Notes: generated from the sequence alone by a model not told the origin. A DNA stretch of 64,000 bases from Hyphomicrobiaceae bacterium (GCA_050250755.1 JBFWOB010000030.1:14322-78321); one strand, 5' to 3'; counted from the stretch's first letter, positions 18,056 to 28,329 are shown. Made by a program: numbers and translations.

Positions 18056-18454
18056 ATGTGCGCCGCCAAAAACCATAGAAAAGCACAACCGCTCTCCGAA
18101 CGGATCAAGGTCCAGTTGACGGTCGAGCAACGCGACATCCTCGAAGCAAGGGCTGAAGCAGCCGGAATCACACTGGCCGCCTATATGCGCCAGTGCGCAC
18201 TGGTATCGCTGGGCGGTCCGGGAGCGCCCAAACGGCCGCCCCTGAAGCGGAAACGCGAGCAGGAGCTCACGTTCGCGGAAATCCATGAGATGGCGATGCA
18301 GGTGCGCAAGGTGGGCATCAACCTGAACCAGCTCGCCCATCAGGCCAACAGCGGCCTGGTGCCGATCAAGCGCGAGGAAATCGTCTACATCCAGAACCGC
18401 ATCCAGACCGTCCTCAGCGAAGCCTCCGCCGCCATGGAAAGAGCCTTCCGATGA
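18056..18454 (+). CDS. mobC: MobC-family relaxosome accessory protein
   Basis: VGINLNQLAHQAN motif. ATGA overlap with the relaxase start. Start ATG 18056 chosen; the ORF-track start at 17957 is possible. Confidence 0.75.
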   Translation: MCAAKNHRKAQPLSERIKVQLTVEQRDILEARAEAAGITLAAYMRQCALVSLGGPGAPKRPPLKRKREQELTFAEIHEMAMQVRKVGINLNQLAHQANSGLVPIKREEIVYIQNRIQTVLSEASAAMERAFR

Positions 18455-19758
18455 TCGGCAAGGTGCCAAAGGCGGGACAGGGGTTCCGCGGCCTGGTCAA
18501 CTACCTGCTCAACGGCGACAAGGACCAGCAGCATGCTGCCAGGGAAGCAGGCTCCTCAGGCCTGCCGGCGAGCAGGGTGGCATGGTCCGCCATGCGCAAC
18601 ATGCTCATCACCGACCCCAATCTCGCACCGGGCCTGATGCGGGCAACCGCCCACAAGTCCAAACGGGTCAAGAGCCCCGTCTACCATTACGTGATCAGCT
18701 GGCACCCCGATGAGGCGCCTACCGACGACTTCATGCAACAGGTCTGCGATGTGACCTGCGACGACCTTGGATTGCAGGACTACCAGCGCCTCTACATCGC
18801 CCACCGCGACACCGATCACCACCACGTGCACATCGTGGTCAACCGCGTGCACCCGGAAACGGGCACCGCGTGGAACCGCCGGCAGGACTGGGTGCGCATC
18901 GAGCAAAGCCTCCGCCGCCAGTCCGAAAACATGGGCCTCGAAATCGTGCCGGGCCGCCACACCGACGGGCAACAGTTCAGGAACGTCGGCAAAAGGCCAT
19001 CGGACGGCGCCTTGCGGCGCAAGGCAATGAAACCGTCCGGGGTCCCCGAGCGCAGCTGGACCAAGGAGATGATCCGCGAACGGCGCGAGGCGCTGTCGCG
19101 CACGATCGACGCGTGCTCGAGCTGGAGCCAGTTGGACCGGGCGCTGTCCGTCATGGGCTACCGACTTCACCGCAAAGGGCAGGGGCTGGTCATCGCCGAT
19201 GCGGGCGGCACGATGAAGCTGTCGGATGTCGGCAAGACCATCCGCCTCAAGGCGCTCGAGGCGCGGTTCGGGCAGACCTTTGACCAGCACGAGACGCTGG
19301 CGCAGATGATGGACGACCAGGCGCGCGGGGCGTCGGTTGCCGCCCCGGTGTCCCTGACCGCACCGCCGCCTCCGCCGTCCCCCGCTCCGAGGGATACGCC
19401 CATGACGGCCGGCGCCTTACATCGCGCACCGCCGCTTTCTCCACCGTCGGCCGACCCCGATCGGGAACGTACCGCCGAGAAGTACACCGTCCTCGCCGGT
19501 GCCAAGGACAAGGCCGATCTCGCCGAAGCCTTGCGGGCGCTGGGCCTCGCCTCCGTCGACAACGTGCGCAGCGCCCGCGCCGAGGTCGTGAAAGCCATGG
19601 AAGATGTGGAAAAGGAGAAATCCGTCCTCGATCAGTTGATCAGTGATCTTGCCATCCCGGGTGCCGGCGGTAACGCTCCGAAGAAACATGACTCCGGACC
19701 AAGTGACAATGCCCCGCCCCCTCAGGACAAGCGCCGACGTTCGAGGCGCCGCCGCTAG
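18451..19758 (+). CDS. Relaxase/mobilisation nuclease (MobA/VirD2 type)
   Basis: N-terminal relaxase domain with His-rich metal motif HRDTDHHHVHIVVNRV. Pro/Ala-rich linker. C-terminus is KRRRSRRRR. Confidence 0.9.
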   Translation: MIGKVPKAGQGFRGLVNYLLNGDKDQQHAAREAGSSGLPASRVAWSAMRNMLITDPNLAPGLMRATAHKSKRVKSPVYHYVISWHPDEAPTDDFMQQVCDVTCDDLGLQDYQRLYIAHRDTDHHHVHIVVNRVHPETGTAWNRRQDWVRIEQSLRRQSENMGLEIVPGRHTDGQQFRNVGKRPSDGALRRKAMKPSGVPERSWTKEMIRERREALSRTIDACSSWSQLDRALSVMGYRLHRKGQGLVIADAGGTMKLSDVGKTIRLKALEARFGQTFDQHETLAQMMDDQARGASVAAPVSLTAPPPPPSPAPRDTPMTAGALHRAPPLSPPSADPDRERTAEKYTVLAGAKDKADLAEALRALGLASVDNVRSARAEVVKAMEDVEKEKSVLDQLISDLAIPGAGGNAPKKHDSGPSDNAPPPQDKRRRSRRRR

Positions 19759-19775
19759 GGAGACCTGACCTCCCG

Positions 19776-20807
19776 ATGCCTGCCGCCAATCTCCGCCAAG
19801 GCAGCACGCTCTACGCCCTCGGCCTGCACCGGACGGAGGGAGCACACTGGTACGACATCAAATTGGGCGCCCCGTTCTCCAAAGGCGGCGCCGCGCGGCT
19901 TTGGCATGTCGAGAAGCCGGGCCTCGCGCTGCCGCTGGTGGCCAAGATCTGGAACAAGCAAGGCTTGGGCGAGGTCTTTTCAACTCCGGTGGAAGCCACC
20001 CGCGTGCTGCGGCTGGTCGCCAACCGCGACCAGCTTCACAACCACATCCCAGCGGTGGTCTGGCCACGCCGCCTGCTGTTCACCCGGCCGGAGCGGGACA
20101 ACGTCCAGCGGGATTTCCGCGGCTTCACCATGTCCCGCCTCGACCACATGCGGAAGCTGCATCACATCATCGCACTGTCCCAGAAAGGCCAGTCCCCGCT
20201 CACCTTCGACCAATCCAAACGCATGGTGCTGATGCTGTGCGAAGCGCTGCAGAAGCTGCACGAGCACCCCTGGCAGTTCCGCATCGCCGATTTTTCGCCA
20301 AACAACATCATGTTCAACGAAGACTTCACCACCCTGGCCTTCGTCGACGCCGACAGCTACCAGTTCCTCTATCCCGACCCCGAAAGCCGCACCAATATTC
20401 AATTTAGGCCCACCGGTTTCACCCTCGGCTATTCGTCTCCCAAAGCCGTCAAGGACGAGCTTCTGCGCAAGACGGGTGACCCGCCCGTTCTGGTCGATGA
20501 GCAACACGACCAGTTCGTGCTCGCCATCCACATCTTCCAGATCTACATGGCCCATCTCGGATTGGGCGGCGCGGCACCCTTCCAGAAATTCGAGCGCGGC
20601 AACGAGAACGATGCCATCGCCGCAGGCCGCTTCACCCATGACATGCCCAAGGACCACCAACCCAACGCGTTCGTCCAGGAACAATACCTCCGTATCCCGG
20701 CGCCCGTCCGCGAAGCCTTCAGCCGCACTTTCGCCCGTGGCAAACCCCTGACCACACGCGAATGGGCCGACCTGTGCTCAACGCACTGGAGGTCCCTTCA
20801 ACCCTGA
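19776..20807 (+). CDS. Protein-kinase-like fold protein (Ser/Thr kinase-like)
   Basis: Ordered but degenerate kinase motifs: Gly-rich loop (LGAPFSKGGAARLW), Lys (PLVAKIW), catalytic loop (IADFSPNNIMF), DFG-equivalent (FVDADSY), GYSSPK. Confidence 0.65.
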   Translation: MPAANLRQGSTLYALGLHRTEGAHWYDIKLGAPFSKGGAARLWHVEKPGLALPLVAKIWNKQGLGEVFSTPVEATRVLRLVANRDQLHNHIPAVVWPRRLLFTRPERDNVQRDFRGFTMSRLDHMRKLHHIIALSQKGQSPLTFDQSKRMVLMLCEALQKLHEHPWQFRIADFSPNNIMFNEDFTTLAFVDADSYQFLYPDPESRTNIQFRPTGFTLGYSSPKAVKDELLRKTGDPPVLVDEQHDQFVLAIHIFQIYMAHLGLGGAAPFQKFERGNENDAIAAGRFTHDMPKDHQPNAFVQEQYLRIPAPVREAFSRTFARGKPLTTREWADLCSTHWRSLQP

Positions 20808-20865
20808 AGCCACCCCCAACGGCGCCGACGCTCAAGTCCAGGCTCCCTCGGCCGCGGCTGTCGCC

Positions 20866-21573
20866 ATGCCCGCCTCCGTCCCATCGCGTCCAACCGCCCA
20901 ACCCGGCGCTCCGGCCCGGTTCACCCCGGTGGATTGGCCGGCAACATTCTGGAAGCTCCGCCGAGCCCTTGCCGCCGGCGTGACCCACTTGGTCGTAGCA
21001 TTTGCTCTCGCTGCTCTGTTTCTCCTGTTTCTCCAGTACCGCCACGGTCCTGTCTCCGCGCCACAGCCACCGACACCACCTGGCGGCATGCAACCATCCG
21101 ATTACCTGTCGCTGGAATGGCCGACCATTCCCTCCCAGGTTTCCTTGGTATCGCCCGTCCCGCCGTTGCCCCGGCCCAATCCGCGGCGCGAAACACCCGA
21201 CACCATCCGCGGCTCCGTCTATAAATACCTTTCTGTCTGCCTCAGCGCGCCGCACGACCCAAACAAACCCTTCGCCTGCATCCCGAAGGGGCGTGAGGTC
21301 CGCCGTGTGGGCGTCGATGTCTTCCTTCGCGTGAGGTCCGAAACCGGCTTTGCCGTCAGGGCGTGGGGAGCGACGGGCTTCACCACCGAAAGCCTCTGCC
21401 GCCAAGTGATCGCGGGTATGCGCGGAAGCCGTTGTGCTCCGAGCGAAATGCGGTTCGATCGCGGCGACGGCAGCTTCGGCACCATCCGGTTCGTCAGGGT
21501 CGAATTCGACGCCGACCCGGCGCCCGCACCACTGAACCCTTTGTCAGCACTGCGTAAACCGCGGCAGCCTTGA
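20866..21573 (+). CDS. Single-pass membrane protein with Pro-rich linker
   Basis: One hydrophobic helix (HLVVAFALAALFLLFLQY), a Pro-rich segment, and a ~120-aa C-terminal domain with 4 Cys. Confidence 0.5.
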   Translation: MPASVPSRPTAQPGAPARFTPVDWPATFWKLRRALAAGVTHLVVAFALAALFLLFLQYRHGPVSAPQPPTPPGGMQPSDYLSLEWPTIPSQVSLVSPVPPLPRPNPRRETPDTIRGSVYKYLSVCLSAPHDPNKPFACIPKGREVRRVGVDVFLRVRSETGFAVRAWGATGFTTESLCRQVIAGMRGSRCAPSEMRFDRGDGSFGTIRFVRVEFDADPAPAPLNPLSALRKPRQP

Positions 21574-21831
21574 GCGCCGCGTGGCCGGGGAGCTAGCACG
21601 AGGCGCAGAGAATCTCCACGCCATGGACGGGCATTGCACGGGTTGAGGGCGGCACGGTTCGAGGAGTTTCGCGGATGCCTGCTGCACAACCGACGGGCGC
21701 GTTTCGCGGCCCAGCCCGCCTCGCCAACAAAACTGTGGAACGACCCGGAAAGGCCGACACAGGACGATCCGTGAGCATCTAGGGTTATTGCTCACTTTGT
21801 TTCGATCATTGTACGCAAGGATACTTCCTCG

Positions 21832-22740
21832 ATGCCAAACCAGCCCCAGGATCCCGCGTGGCATACGTTCGGCAAGTCACCCCTCATCAACGGGGACGCC
21901 GGCGGAACGCCGATTCCCAAGGACAAGACGCACCTCAAGCGCTTTCCGTTCGTGTTCCTTGTGGATGTTTCCCATTCGACCTCGTTCGGCGGCGACAATG
22001 CCGACCTCCACGCCATCAACCGCGAGCTGCCGCGGTGTTTCGAGACCCTGAGGAGCCCGCCGCCCGACAGCGACCTCGCCAACGTGAAGGGGCAAATAGA
22101 TATCTGTTTGGTTACCTATTCGCAGACACCCAAGAACATCTTCCTGTGGCAACCCGCCGACGAGCTGCCGACCAGCGTCAGCCTCCAATCCGAAACCAAC
22201 ACCTCCACCCGCGCCGCCCTCAACCACGCGATGGACCTGATCGAAGAACGGCTGAAGCTCCTGAAGCAGCCCGGCCAGAAAGTGCAGACCGGCGCACCCC
22301 ACATCTTCCACATCACCGACGGCGTCCCCAACGACGTCTACCCGCACATGCCGGAATGGAAGCAACTGGTGGACCGCATTGCCGTGTTCGCCACCAACGC
22401 CGACCAGGACCGTGCCACCGACCAGAAGGGGCATATCCTGCATTTCGTCACGCCCAGTGCCGAGCGGATCAACAAAGACAACCGCTTCATCGATGAGAAC
22501 GGCAATGACATCTCCGGCAAGGAAGCGATGATCAAGCTGTCGGGCGAAAAGACCGTCATAACCCTCAACCGCGGCGCCAGCTCGCTGCCCGACGTGATCA
22601 AGCTGATCACCGCCATCATCAGCGTCAAATCCACCAACTCCAAAACCACCGTGGCGGAAACCATCGCCGAAGTGGTGGAGGAAAGCGACGGCGCGCTCGG
22701 CATGCCCGACAGCTACCCGGCTCTCGGCGCGAAACCATGA
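21832..22740 (+). CDS. vWA-domain protein (TerY-like)
   Basis: MIDAS motif DxSxS (FLVDVSHSTS, nt 21964-21981) and downstream HITDGVPND. Confidence 0.8.
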   Translation: MPNQPQDPAWHTFGKSPLINGDAGGTPIPKDKTHLKRFPFVFLVDVSHSTSFGGDNADLHAINRELPRCFETLRSPPPDSDLANVKGQIDICLVTYSQTPKNIFLWQPADELPTSVSLQSETNTSTRAALNHAMDLIEERLKLLKQPGQKVQTGAPHIFHITDGVPNDVYPHMPEWKQLVDRIAVFATNADQDRATDQKGHILHFVTPSAERINKDNRFIDENGNDISGKEAMIKLSGEKTVITLNRGASSLPDVIKLITAIISVKSTNSKTTVAETIAEVVEESDGALGMPDSYPALGAKP

Positions 22741-23558
22741 ACCCCGAGCTCGTGACCCAGTGCCGCCTCGCCACCGAGCAATGGCGGGGCTGGCTCATCT
22801 CGTCCGTGTCGCAGCAAGGCAAGCGCCACCACCAGCGTTCCCTGCCGACCGACGATGCCCTCCTGGTCGCCGCCGCCGGCGACCATCTTTTGCTCGGCGT
22901 GGCCGACGGCGTCTCAAGCTGCCCCTTGTCCCGCATCGGCTCTGAGCATGCCTTGGCCGCCATCTACGCCCACGTCGATCAGGCGCTCCTGAAATCCGGC
23001 GGCGAACCGAGCCCGGACATCCTCGCCCACGCCATGGCGAACGCCCACTATGCGCTGCAATCGCTTGCCGACCAGACCGGCGCCCCCATCGACGATTACT
23101 CAACCACCGTGGCAACCGTCCTGATCGGCCCCACCACCATCTACGCCGCCAATATCGGTGACAGCAGCCTCGCCTACCTCACCAAGCCCCGCAGCGCCGC
23201 CAACCCCGATACGGCGGTCCTCCTGCCGCTTTGCTCCGCCCCGCAGCAGGATGACGGGGTCACGCCCATCACGTTCCCCAACTGGAACAAGTTCCTTGCA
23301 CTTGCCCGCCACCCCGTCGACGGCGTCGATGCCGTGCTTCTTGCCACCGACGGCGCCGAGGACTTCCTGTTCAACGGCCGGCACGCCACCGGGCAGGTCC
23401 TGAGCCCCGCCGCCGTCAGCGCGTATCTGTCCAACTGCAACGACTTGTCGCCGAGGCTCCTGCCCCTGTTCCTCGCCGACTACATCCAGAAGCTCGACAA
23501 CGGCACCGACGACCGAAGCCTCATCATTGCCTCACCCCACCCGGCGCTGGCGTTATGA
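22737..23558 (+). CDS. PP2C-family Ser/Thr phosphatase
   Basis: Metal-binding Asp motifs LGVADGVSS and LLATDGAEDF. ATGA overlaps with vWA (22737-22740) and traG (23555-23558). Confidence 0.75.
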   Translation: MNPELVTQCRLATEQWRGWLISSVSQQGKRHHQRSLPTDDALLVAAAGDHLLLGVADGVSSCPLSRIGSEHALAAIYAHVDQALLKSGGEPSPDILAHAMANAHYALQSLADQTGAPIDDYSTTVATVLIGPTTIYAANIGDSSLAYLTKPRSAANPDTAVLLPLCSAPQQDDGVTPITFPNWNKFLALARHPVDGVDAVLLATDGAEDFLFNGRHATGQVLSPAAVSAYLSNCNDLSPRLLPLFLADYIQKLDNGTDDRSLIIASPHPALAL

Positions 23559-25567
23559 TCAGCCCGCCCACCGACCTCTCCCCGTTCACCCCGACCACCC
23601 TGATGGCCCTGGTCGACGCCATCCTCGACGATCCGGCCGCCCGCATCCGCCAGCCCACCATCGAAATCCTCAACCAGATCGGCGACCGGCCGCTGCATGA
23701 CCTGATCTCGAGACATGTGAAGGGCTACCTTTCCCGCAGCGACGCCGTGGTGGAGCAGCTGCCTGCGCTCGGCACGGTGAACTGGGGCAAGGTCGCCGCC
23801 ACCATCTACACGCGCCTCTCATCCGACATCCGCCGCAACGCGCGCTTCAGGCTGGCCTACAGCCTGTCCATCGAATACCCGGCGGCGATGCTCACGGAGA
23901 AGGACCGCGCCGCCATCCGCGGCATGGCGCAGCTGGTCGCCCATGCCAAGATCACCCCTCACGAATGGGCACTGTTCCTGGCCCGCATGGCATGGCATGA
24001 CGGCAAGGGCCACCTCGTCGCCGGCCCCGCCGCCAAAAGTGCCGCCATTTTGGCCGAAACCGTCACCATCCTGAAAAACATCCTGCCGACGGTGCTGCCC
24101 GCCCACGAGGTGGTGCTTGGTGACGCCGTCGCCAGGATCTCCCGCCATGCCCTGGCGCCCGTGCAACAGGCGCTGCCGCCGCCAGGCTTCAAACGCGGCA
24201 TCCGGTTCCTGAAGGGGGCCGACATCGACGGCACGCCCTATCTTGCCACCAAGGCCTCCAAGGCCAGCCTCTACCTCGGCCGCATGCCGCGCACCCGCGA
24301 GCACATCTACTACGCCGGCCACGAGAGTCTCATCACCATCGGCGGGCCGGGCAGCGGCAAGAGCATGGCGCATGTCATTCCCAACCTGCTCCTCTACCCG
24401 GGCTCGGCGCTGGTGCTGGATGTGAAAGGCGAGCTCTGGGACATGACCGCCGGATACCGCGCGAAGCACTTCGGGCCGGTGTTCCGGTTCTCGCCCACCG
24501 ACACCGGCGGGCGCACCCACCGCTACAACCCGTTCGACTTCATCTCCGCCGACATGCAGGAGGCGGCCAACGACTGCGAGGTGTTCTCCTATCAGGTGAT
24601 CGTCCCCAACCCCGAAACGCGCGAGCCGTTCTGGGACAACCGCGCGCGGGACTTTTTGTGGGCCTTCGCCATGATCATCGCCGCCTCGCCGAACCCCAAG
24701 AACCGCATCATGGAGGCCCTCTCCGACCTGACCGCCATCCCCACCGAGTTCAAAGACCTCACCAAACGCCCCTACATCGGCTCCAAGACCCAGAAGGTCA
24801 TCCAGACCCTGCACCTGATGGCTAAGCAGTTCGACATCCCGGACCTCGGGCATGCCGCCACCTCCATCGAATCCAGCCTGGTCGAAAGCGAGCGCCTCAC
24901 CAGCATCTTCGACAATGTCCGCCGCGCCCTCGCGCTGTTTGGGCGTTCCAAGAGGCTGCGCAACGCCATGGCAACCAGCGACTGGCGGCCAGAACAGCTG
25001 CGCAACCAACCCGGTTCCACCATCTACCTCTGCATCCCCGATTCCGAGCTCAAGGCCTACGCCCCCATCATCCGCGTGATGTTCTCCCAGCACCGCCGCA
25101 TCCTGAGCCGGCATCGCGCCGACCCGAAAGAGGCGCCCATCACCTTCTTCCTCGATGAAATGCCTCAGTTGGGGACATTCGACGACATCCTCACCATGCA
25201 GGACCTCGGCCGCGGCGCGGGGCTGCGCCTCTGGATGTTCGCCCAGTACATGTCCCAGATCCGCAACGCCTACGGCCAGGACCGCACCACCGGCATCATC
25301 GAGGCCAACCGCATCCGCTGCTACATGCAGCCCGACATGGATGCCGCGACCCATCTCGAGCGCGCCCTCGGCGACACCGTCAATGAGCTGACCGGCGAAC
25401 GCCGCCCGCTTGCCACCGTCCCCGAGCTGCAAAGCTCGCCCGACTACACCAACAAAATCATCCTGTCCGTGCGCGGGCATCTCCCGGCCGTACTCGACAA
25501 GGTGATGGCCTTCGAGAAACTCAAGGACCGCATGATTTCCCCGCCGGACGTGCCGGTCGCCGGTTGA
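23555..25567 (+). CDS. traG: Type IV coupling protein (TraG/VirD4 family)
   Basis: Walker A GGPGSGKSM and Walker B FFLDEMPQLG. The N-terminal ~250 aa has no obvious TM helix. Confidence 0.85.
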   Translation: MISPPTDLSPFTPTTLMALVDAILDDPAARIRQPTIEILNQIGDRPLHDLISRHVKGYLSRSDAVVEQLPALGTVNWGKVAATIYTRLSSDIRRNARFRLAYSLSIEYPAAMLTEKDRAAIRGMAQLVAHAKITPHEWALFLARMAWHDGKGHLVAGPAAKSAAILAETVTILKNILPTVLPAHEVVLGDAVARISRHALAPVQQALPPPGFKRGIRFLKGADIDGTPYLATKASKASLYLGRMPRTREHIYYAGHESLITIGGPGSGKSMAHVIPNLLLYPGSALVLDVKGELWDMTAGYRAKHFGPVFRFSPTDTGGRTHRYNPFDFISADMQEAANDCEVFSYQVIVPNPETREPFWDNRARDFLWAFAMIIAASPNPKNRIMEALSDLTAIPTEFKDLTKRPYIGSKTQKVIQTLHLMAKQFDIPDLGHAATSIESSLVESERLTSIFDNVRRALALFGRSKRLRNAMATSDWRPEQLRNQPGSTIYLCIPDSELKAYAPIIRVMFSQHRRILSRHRADPKEAPITFFLDEMPQLGTFDDILTMQDLGRGAGLRLWMFAQYMSQIRNAYGQDRTTGIIEANRIRCYMQPDMDAATHLERALGDTVNELTGERRPLATVPELQSSPDYTNKIILSVRGHLPAVLDKVMAFEKLKDRMISPPDVPVAG

Positions 25568-25616
25568 CGAGGCGTTCTCGTGGTTCAATCGTTTCACATG
25601 ACGAGACGTTAGAAAG

Positions 25617-25640
25617 CGGCCATGTCCATGGCCGTTTTTC
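25617..25640 (+). terminator. Rho-independent terminator after traG
   Basis: CGGCCATG-TC-CATGGCCG stem followed by TTTTTC. Confidence 0.6.
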
Positions 25641-25829
25641 TCTGCCTCGCTTCGCGGTGTTGCCGTTTTTCCGCCTCCGGTACAATAGAGCCGCCTAAGG
25701 CAGAGATGTGCCGTTGCGATTTGCCGCGTTGCGAACTCTCAGGGGGCATCAGCGCGCATGGTCGGATGCGAATGACCCCAGGATCTTAAGGTCGCGCAAC
25801 GGCGGGCACGCAGCCTCCTGAGGGGACCC

Positions 25830-27449
25830 ATGCCGACGAACCAACAGCCCGCCGCCAGCAGCGCTGAAATTGGCCCGTTCGGTCCGCTTCGACACGGTGT
25901 GTTCCGAAACATGTGGCTGGCCAGCATATTCTCCAACCTGGGACTGTTTGTTCTGGGTGTGGGTGCTGCCTGGGATATGACGCTCATGAGCGGTTCGGCG
26001 AGCATGGTCGCATTGGTTCAGACCGCCATGATGCTTCCCGTCGCGCTGTTCTCCTTGGCGTCGGGTGCCATCGCCGACATGTTCGATCGCCGCAAGGTGG
26101 CGCTTGTTGCGCTGGTGATCTCGATCTGTGGATCGATCGTCCTTGCTCTCATGGCGCACACCGGACACATCACTCCCGGATCCATGCTCGCCCTGTGCTT
26201 CATCGTCGGCTCGGGCACCGCGCTCCTTTGGCCCGCTTGGGGCGCCTCTGTCGGAGAGCAGGTGCCGCCGGACGTATTGCCAGCGGCGGTGGCGCTCAAC
26301 GGCATCAGCTACAATGCTGCCCGCAGCTTCGGACCGGCCATCGGGGGCGTCATCGTTGCGGCGGCTGGTGGCGTGGCTGCATTCGCGACGGCGGCACTGT
26401 CCTATATCCCTCTGCTCATCGTACTTTACCTATGGCGACGCCAAGGTGAGCCCTCGCGGCTGCCTCCGGAGAGCCTTGGGCGTGCCATGATCTCCGGCTT
26501 GCGCTACGTCAGCAACGCGCCGTCAATTCGCGTGGTGATTGGCCGAACGTTGATAACCGGCCTCGCAGGTGGCTCGGTGGCAGCGCTTCTACCCCTTGTC
26601 TCGCGCGATCTGCTGCTGGGCGGCGCTCAGTTGTTCGGTCTTCTTCTCGGGGCCTTTGGCATCGGTTCGATTTGCGGGGCCTTCAGCTTCTCCCTTTTGC
26701 GAGATCGCATGAGCGGCGAGGCGGTGGTTCGCCTGTGCACGTTGGGCATGGGTTTGGGCGTTGCCGTCATTGCCGAGAGCCGTCTGCCGGTGCTCACGGT
26801 CGCTGCCCTCGTCCTGTTCGGGGCCGCTTGGACGGGATGCATGATGAGCTTTAACGTGACGGTGCAGATGTCGGCCCCTCGCTGGGTCGCCGCGCGCAGT
26901 CTCGCGGCGTATCAAGCTGCTGTGGCTGCAGGTGTCGCGCTTGGCGGATGGGGCTGGGGGGTGCTGGCCAACGACTGGGGAGTCGACCGCGCGCTCCTGG
27001 CCTCCGCTGCCGCCCTGCTCGTGTCGATAGCCCTTGGCCAGTGGTTGCGTGTTCCAACGATCGGTTCTCAGAAAGCGGTGTCCGGCAATGAGTTATCCGA
27101 CCCGGACGTGCAAATTCCGCTTACCGCCCGCAGCGGCCCGATTGTCGTCGAGATCGAGTATCGCGTCGAAACCGACCGAGCGCGCCCCTTCCATGCGGTG
27201 ATGCAGCGAGTCCGGTCGAGCCGGACACGCAATGGCGCCTACGGCTGGTCCATCGCACGTGACATTGCCGATCCGGAGATCTGGATCGAGCGCTATTCAT
27301 GCCCCACTTGGCATGACTATCTGCGCCAGAGGAACCGGCCGACAACGGCAGAGCGCGAACTTCACGCGCGTGCAGCAGAGTTCCACATCGGCCCGGAGCC
27401 GGTACGTGTCCATCGCATGCTCGAACGCCCGGTCGGCTCTGTCCGCTGA
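25830..27449 (+). CDS. MFS transporter with soluble C-terminal extension
   Basis: About 12 hydrophobic helices over the first ~400 aa, then a ~130-aa hydrophilic tail. Confidence 0.8.
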   Translation: MPTNQQPAASSAEIGPFGPLRHGVFRNMWLASIFSNLGLFVLGVGAAWDMTLMSGSASMVALVQTAMMLPVALFSLASGAIADMFDRRKVALVALVISICGSIVLALMAHTGHITPGSMLALCFIVGSGTALLWPAWGASVGEQVPPDVLPAAVALNGISYNAARSFGPAIGGVIVAAAGGVAAFATAALSYIPLLIVLYLWRRQGEPSRLPPESLGRAMISGLRYVSNAPSIRVVIGRTLITGLAGGSVAALLPLVSRDLLLGGAQLFGLLLGAFGIGSICGAFSFSLLRDRMSGEAVVRLCTLGMGLGVAVIAESRLPVLTVAALVLFGAAWTGCMMSFNVTVQMSAPRWVAARSLAAYQAAVAAGVALGGWGWGVLANDWGVDRALLASAAALLVSIALGQWLRVPTIGSQKAVSGNELSDPDVQIPLTARSGPIVVEIEYRVETDRARPFHAVMQRVRSSRTRNGAYGWSIARDIADPEIWIERYSCPTWHDYLRQRNRPTTAERELHARAAEFHIGPEPVRVHRMLERPVGSVR

Positions 27450-27747
27450 GCGGGCGCGGTCCCACGGACGCTCGACACTTGTGCCCGATGCGCACGAGGC
27501 ACCGGCGTCGGTTCGGTCTCGGTTTTGCCGGGCATCCATGGCGCCGCCCGCTCAACCTTCAGTGGCTGGACACGATCAAGCCCGGTGGGAAAGTCGCGAT
27601 CGCGTGCCATCTGCAGCAACGCCGTGGTCCGCAGGTGATGAAACAAGTCGCATGTCATATACAGTGCTGCCTGTTCCGTACACACCCTGTATTGACCATG
27701 TATGCCCCTTTCGTCAGGCTCGCATCACCTAAAGAAAGGGAAACACA

Positions 27748-28329
27748 ATGGATAACCAAAAACCGCAACAGGGCGAATTCGCCATCAACCTCAACTTCCG
27801 CCGCAACGGCAATCCGAAGGCGCCGGCCCTTTCCGGCCGCATCAGCGCCCCGGACTCCCCCGACAAGATCCTCTCCTTCGATGCCTTCGAGCACCAGAAC
27901 GACAAGGGCAAGTTCTGGATCGGCAGCGTTGACCCGCGCGGCGCCTCCATGCGCAACGCGCTGAGCAACACCGCTCCCGAACGCGGCACCCATTTCATCG
28001 CCATCCGCGAGAACGGCTTCAAGGTCTTCCGCGAGGACGCCGAGGGCAACCCGAACCCCGCCTATCAGGCGCTCACCGACGCGGAGAAAAAGCAGCACGA
28101 CGCGCTACCGTCCTACTGGGCCGTGTGGACCCGTGGCCGCAACGATCCTGAGATCCGCGCCGCCGCCTGGGAGCGCAAGCCCACCCGCTATGGACCCTGG
28201 GCGTCCGGAAGCACCCAATACCCGCAGCGCGGCATGGATGCCGCCGAAGCCTACATCGACCAGGCGCCCGGACCCGATGAGATCCCGTTCTTCGACCACG
28301 CGACCGCCGGCAACGAGGGCAGGGCGTAG
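27748..28329 (+). CDS. Hypothetical protein
   Basis: 193 aa. ATG 27748 is preceded by AAGAAAGGGAA. Followed by a terminator. Confidence 0.55.
   Translation: MDNQKPQQGEFAINLNFRRNGNPKAPALSGRISAPDSPDKILSFDAFEHQNDKGKFWIGSVDPRGASMRNALSNTAPERGTHFIAIRENGFKVFREDAEGNPNPAYQALTDAEKKQHDALPSYWAVWTRGRNDPEIRAAAWERKPTRYGPWASGSTQYPQRGMDAAEAYIDQAPGPDEIPFFDHATAGNEGRA

Noticed and set aside
23819-25597. 592-aa antisense ORF covering traG
   Set aside because: Its composition is Gly/Ala/Arg/His-rich and low-complexity. It lies opposite a gene with clear Walker motifs, which is a typical high-GC antisense artefact.
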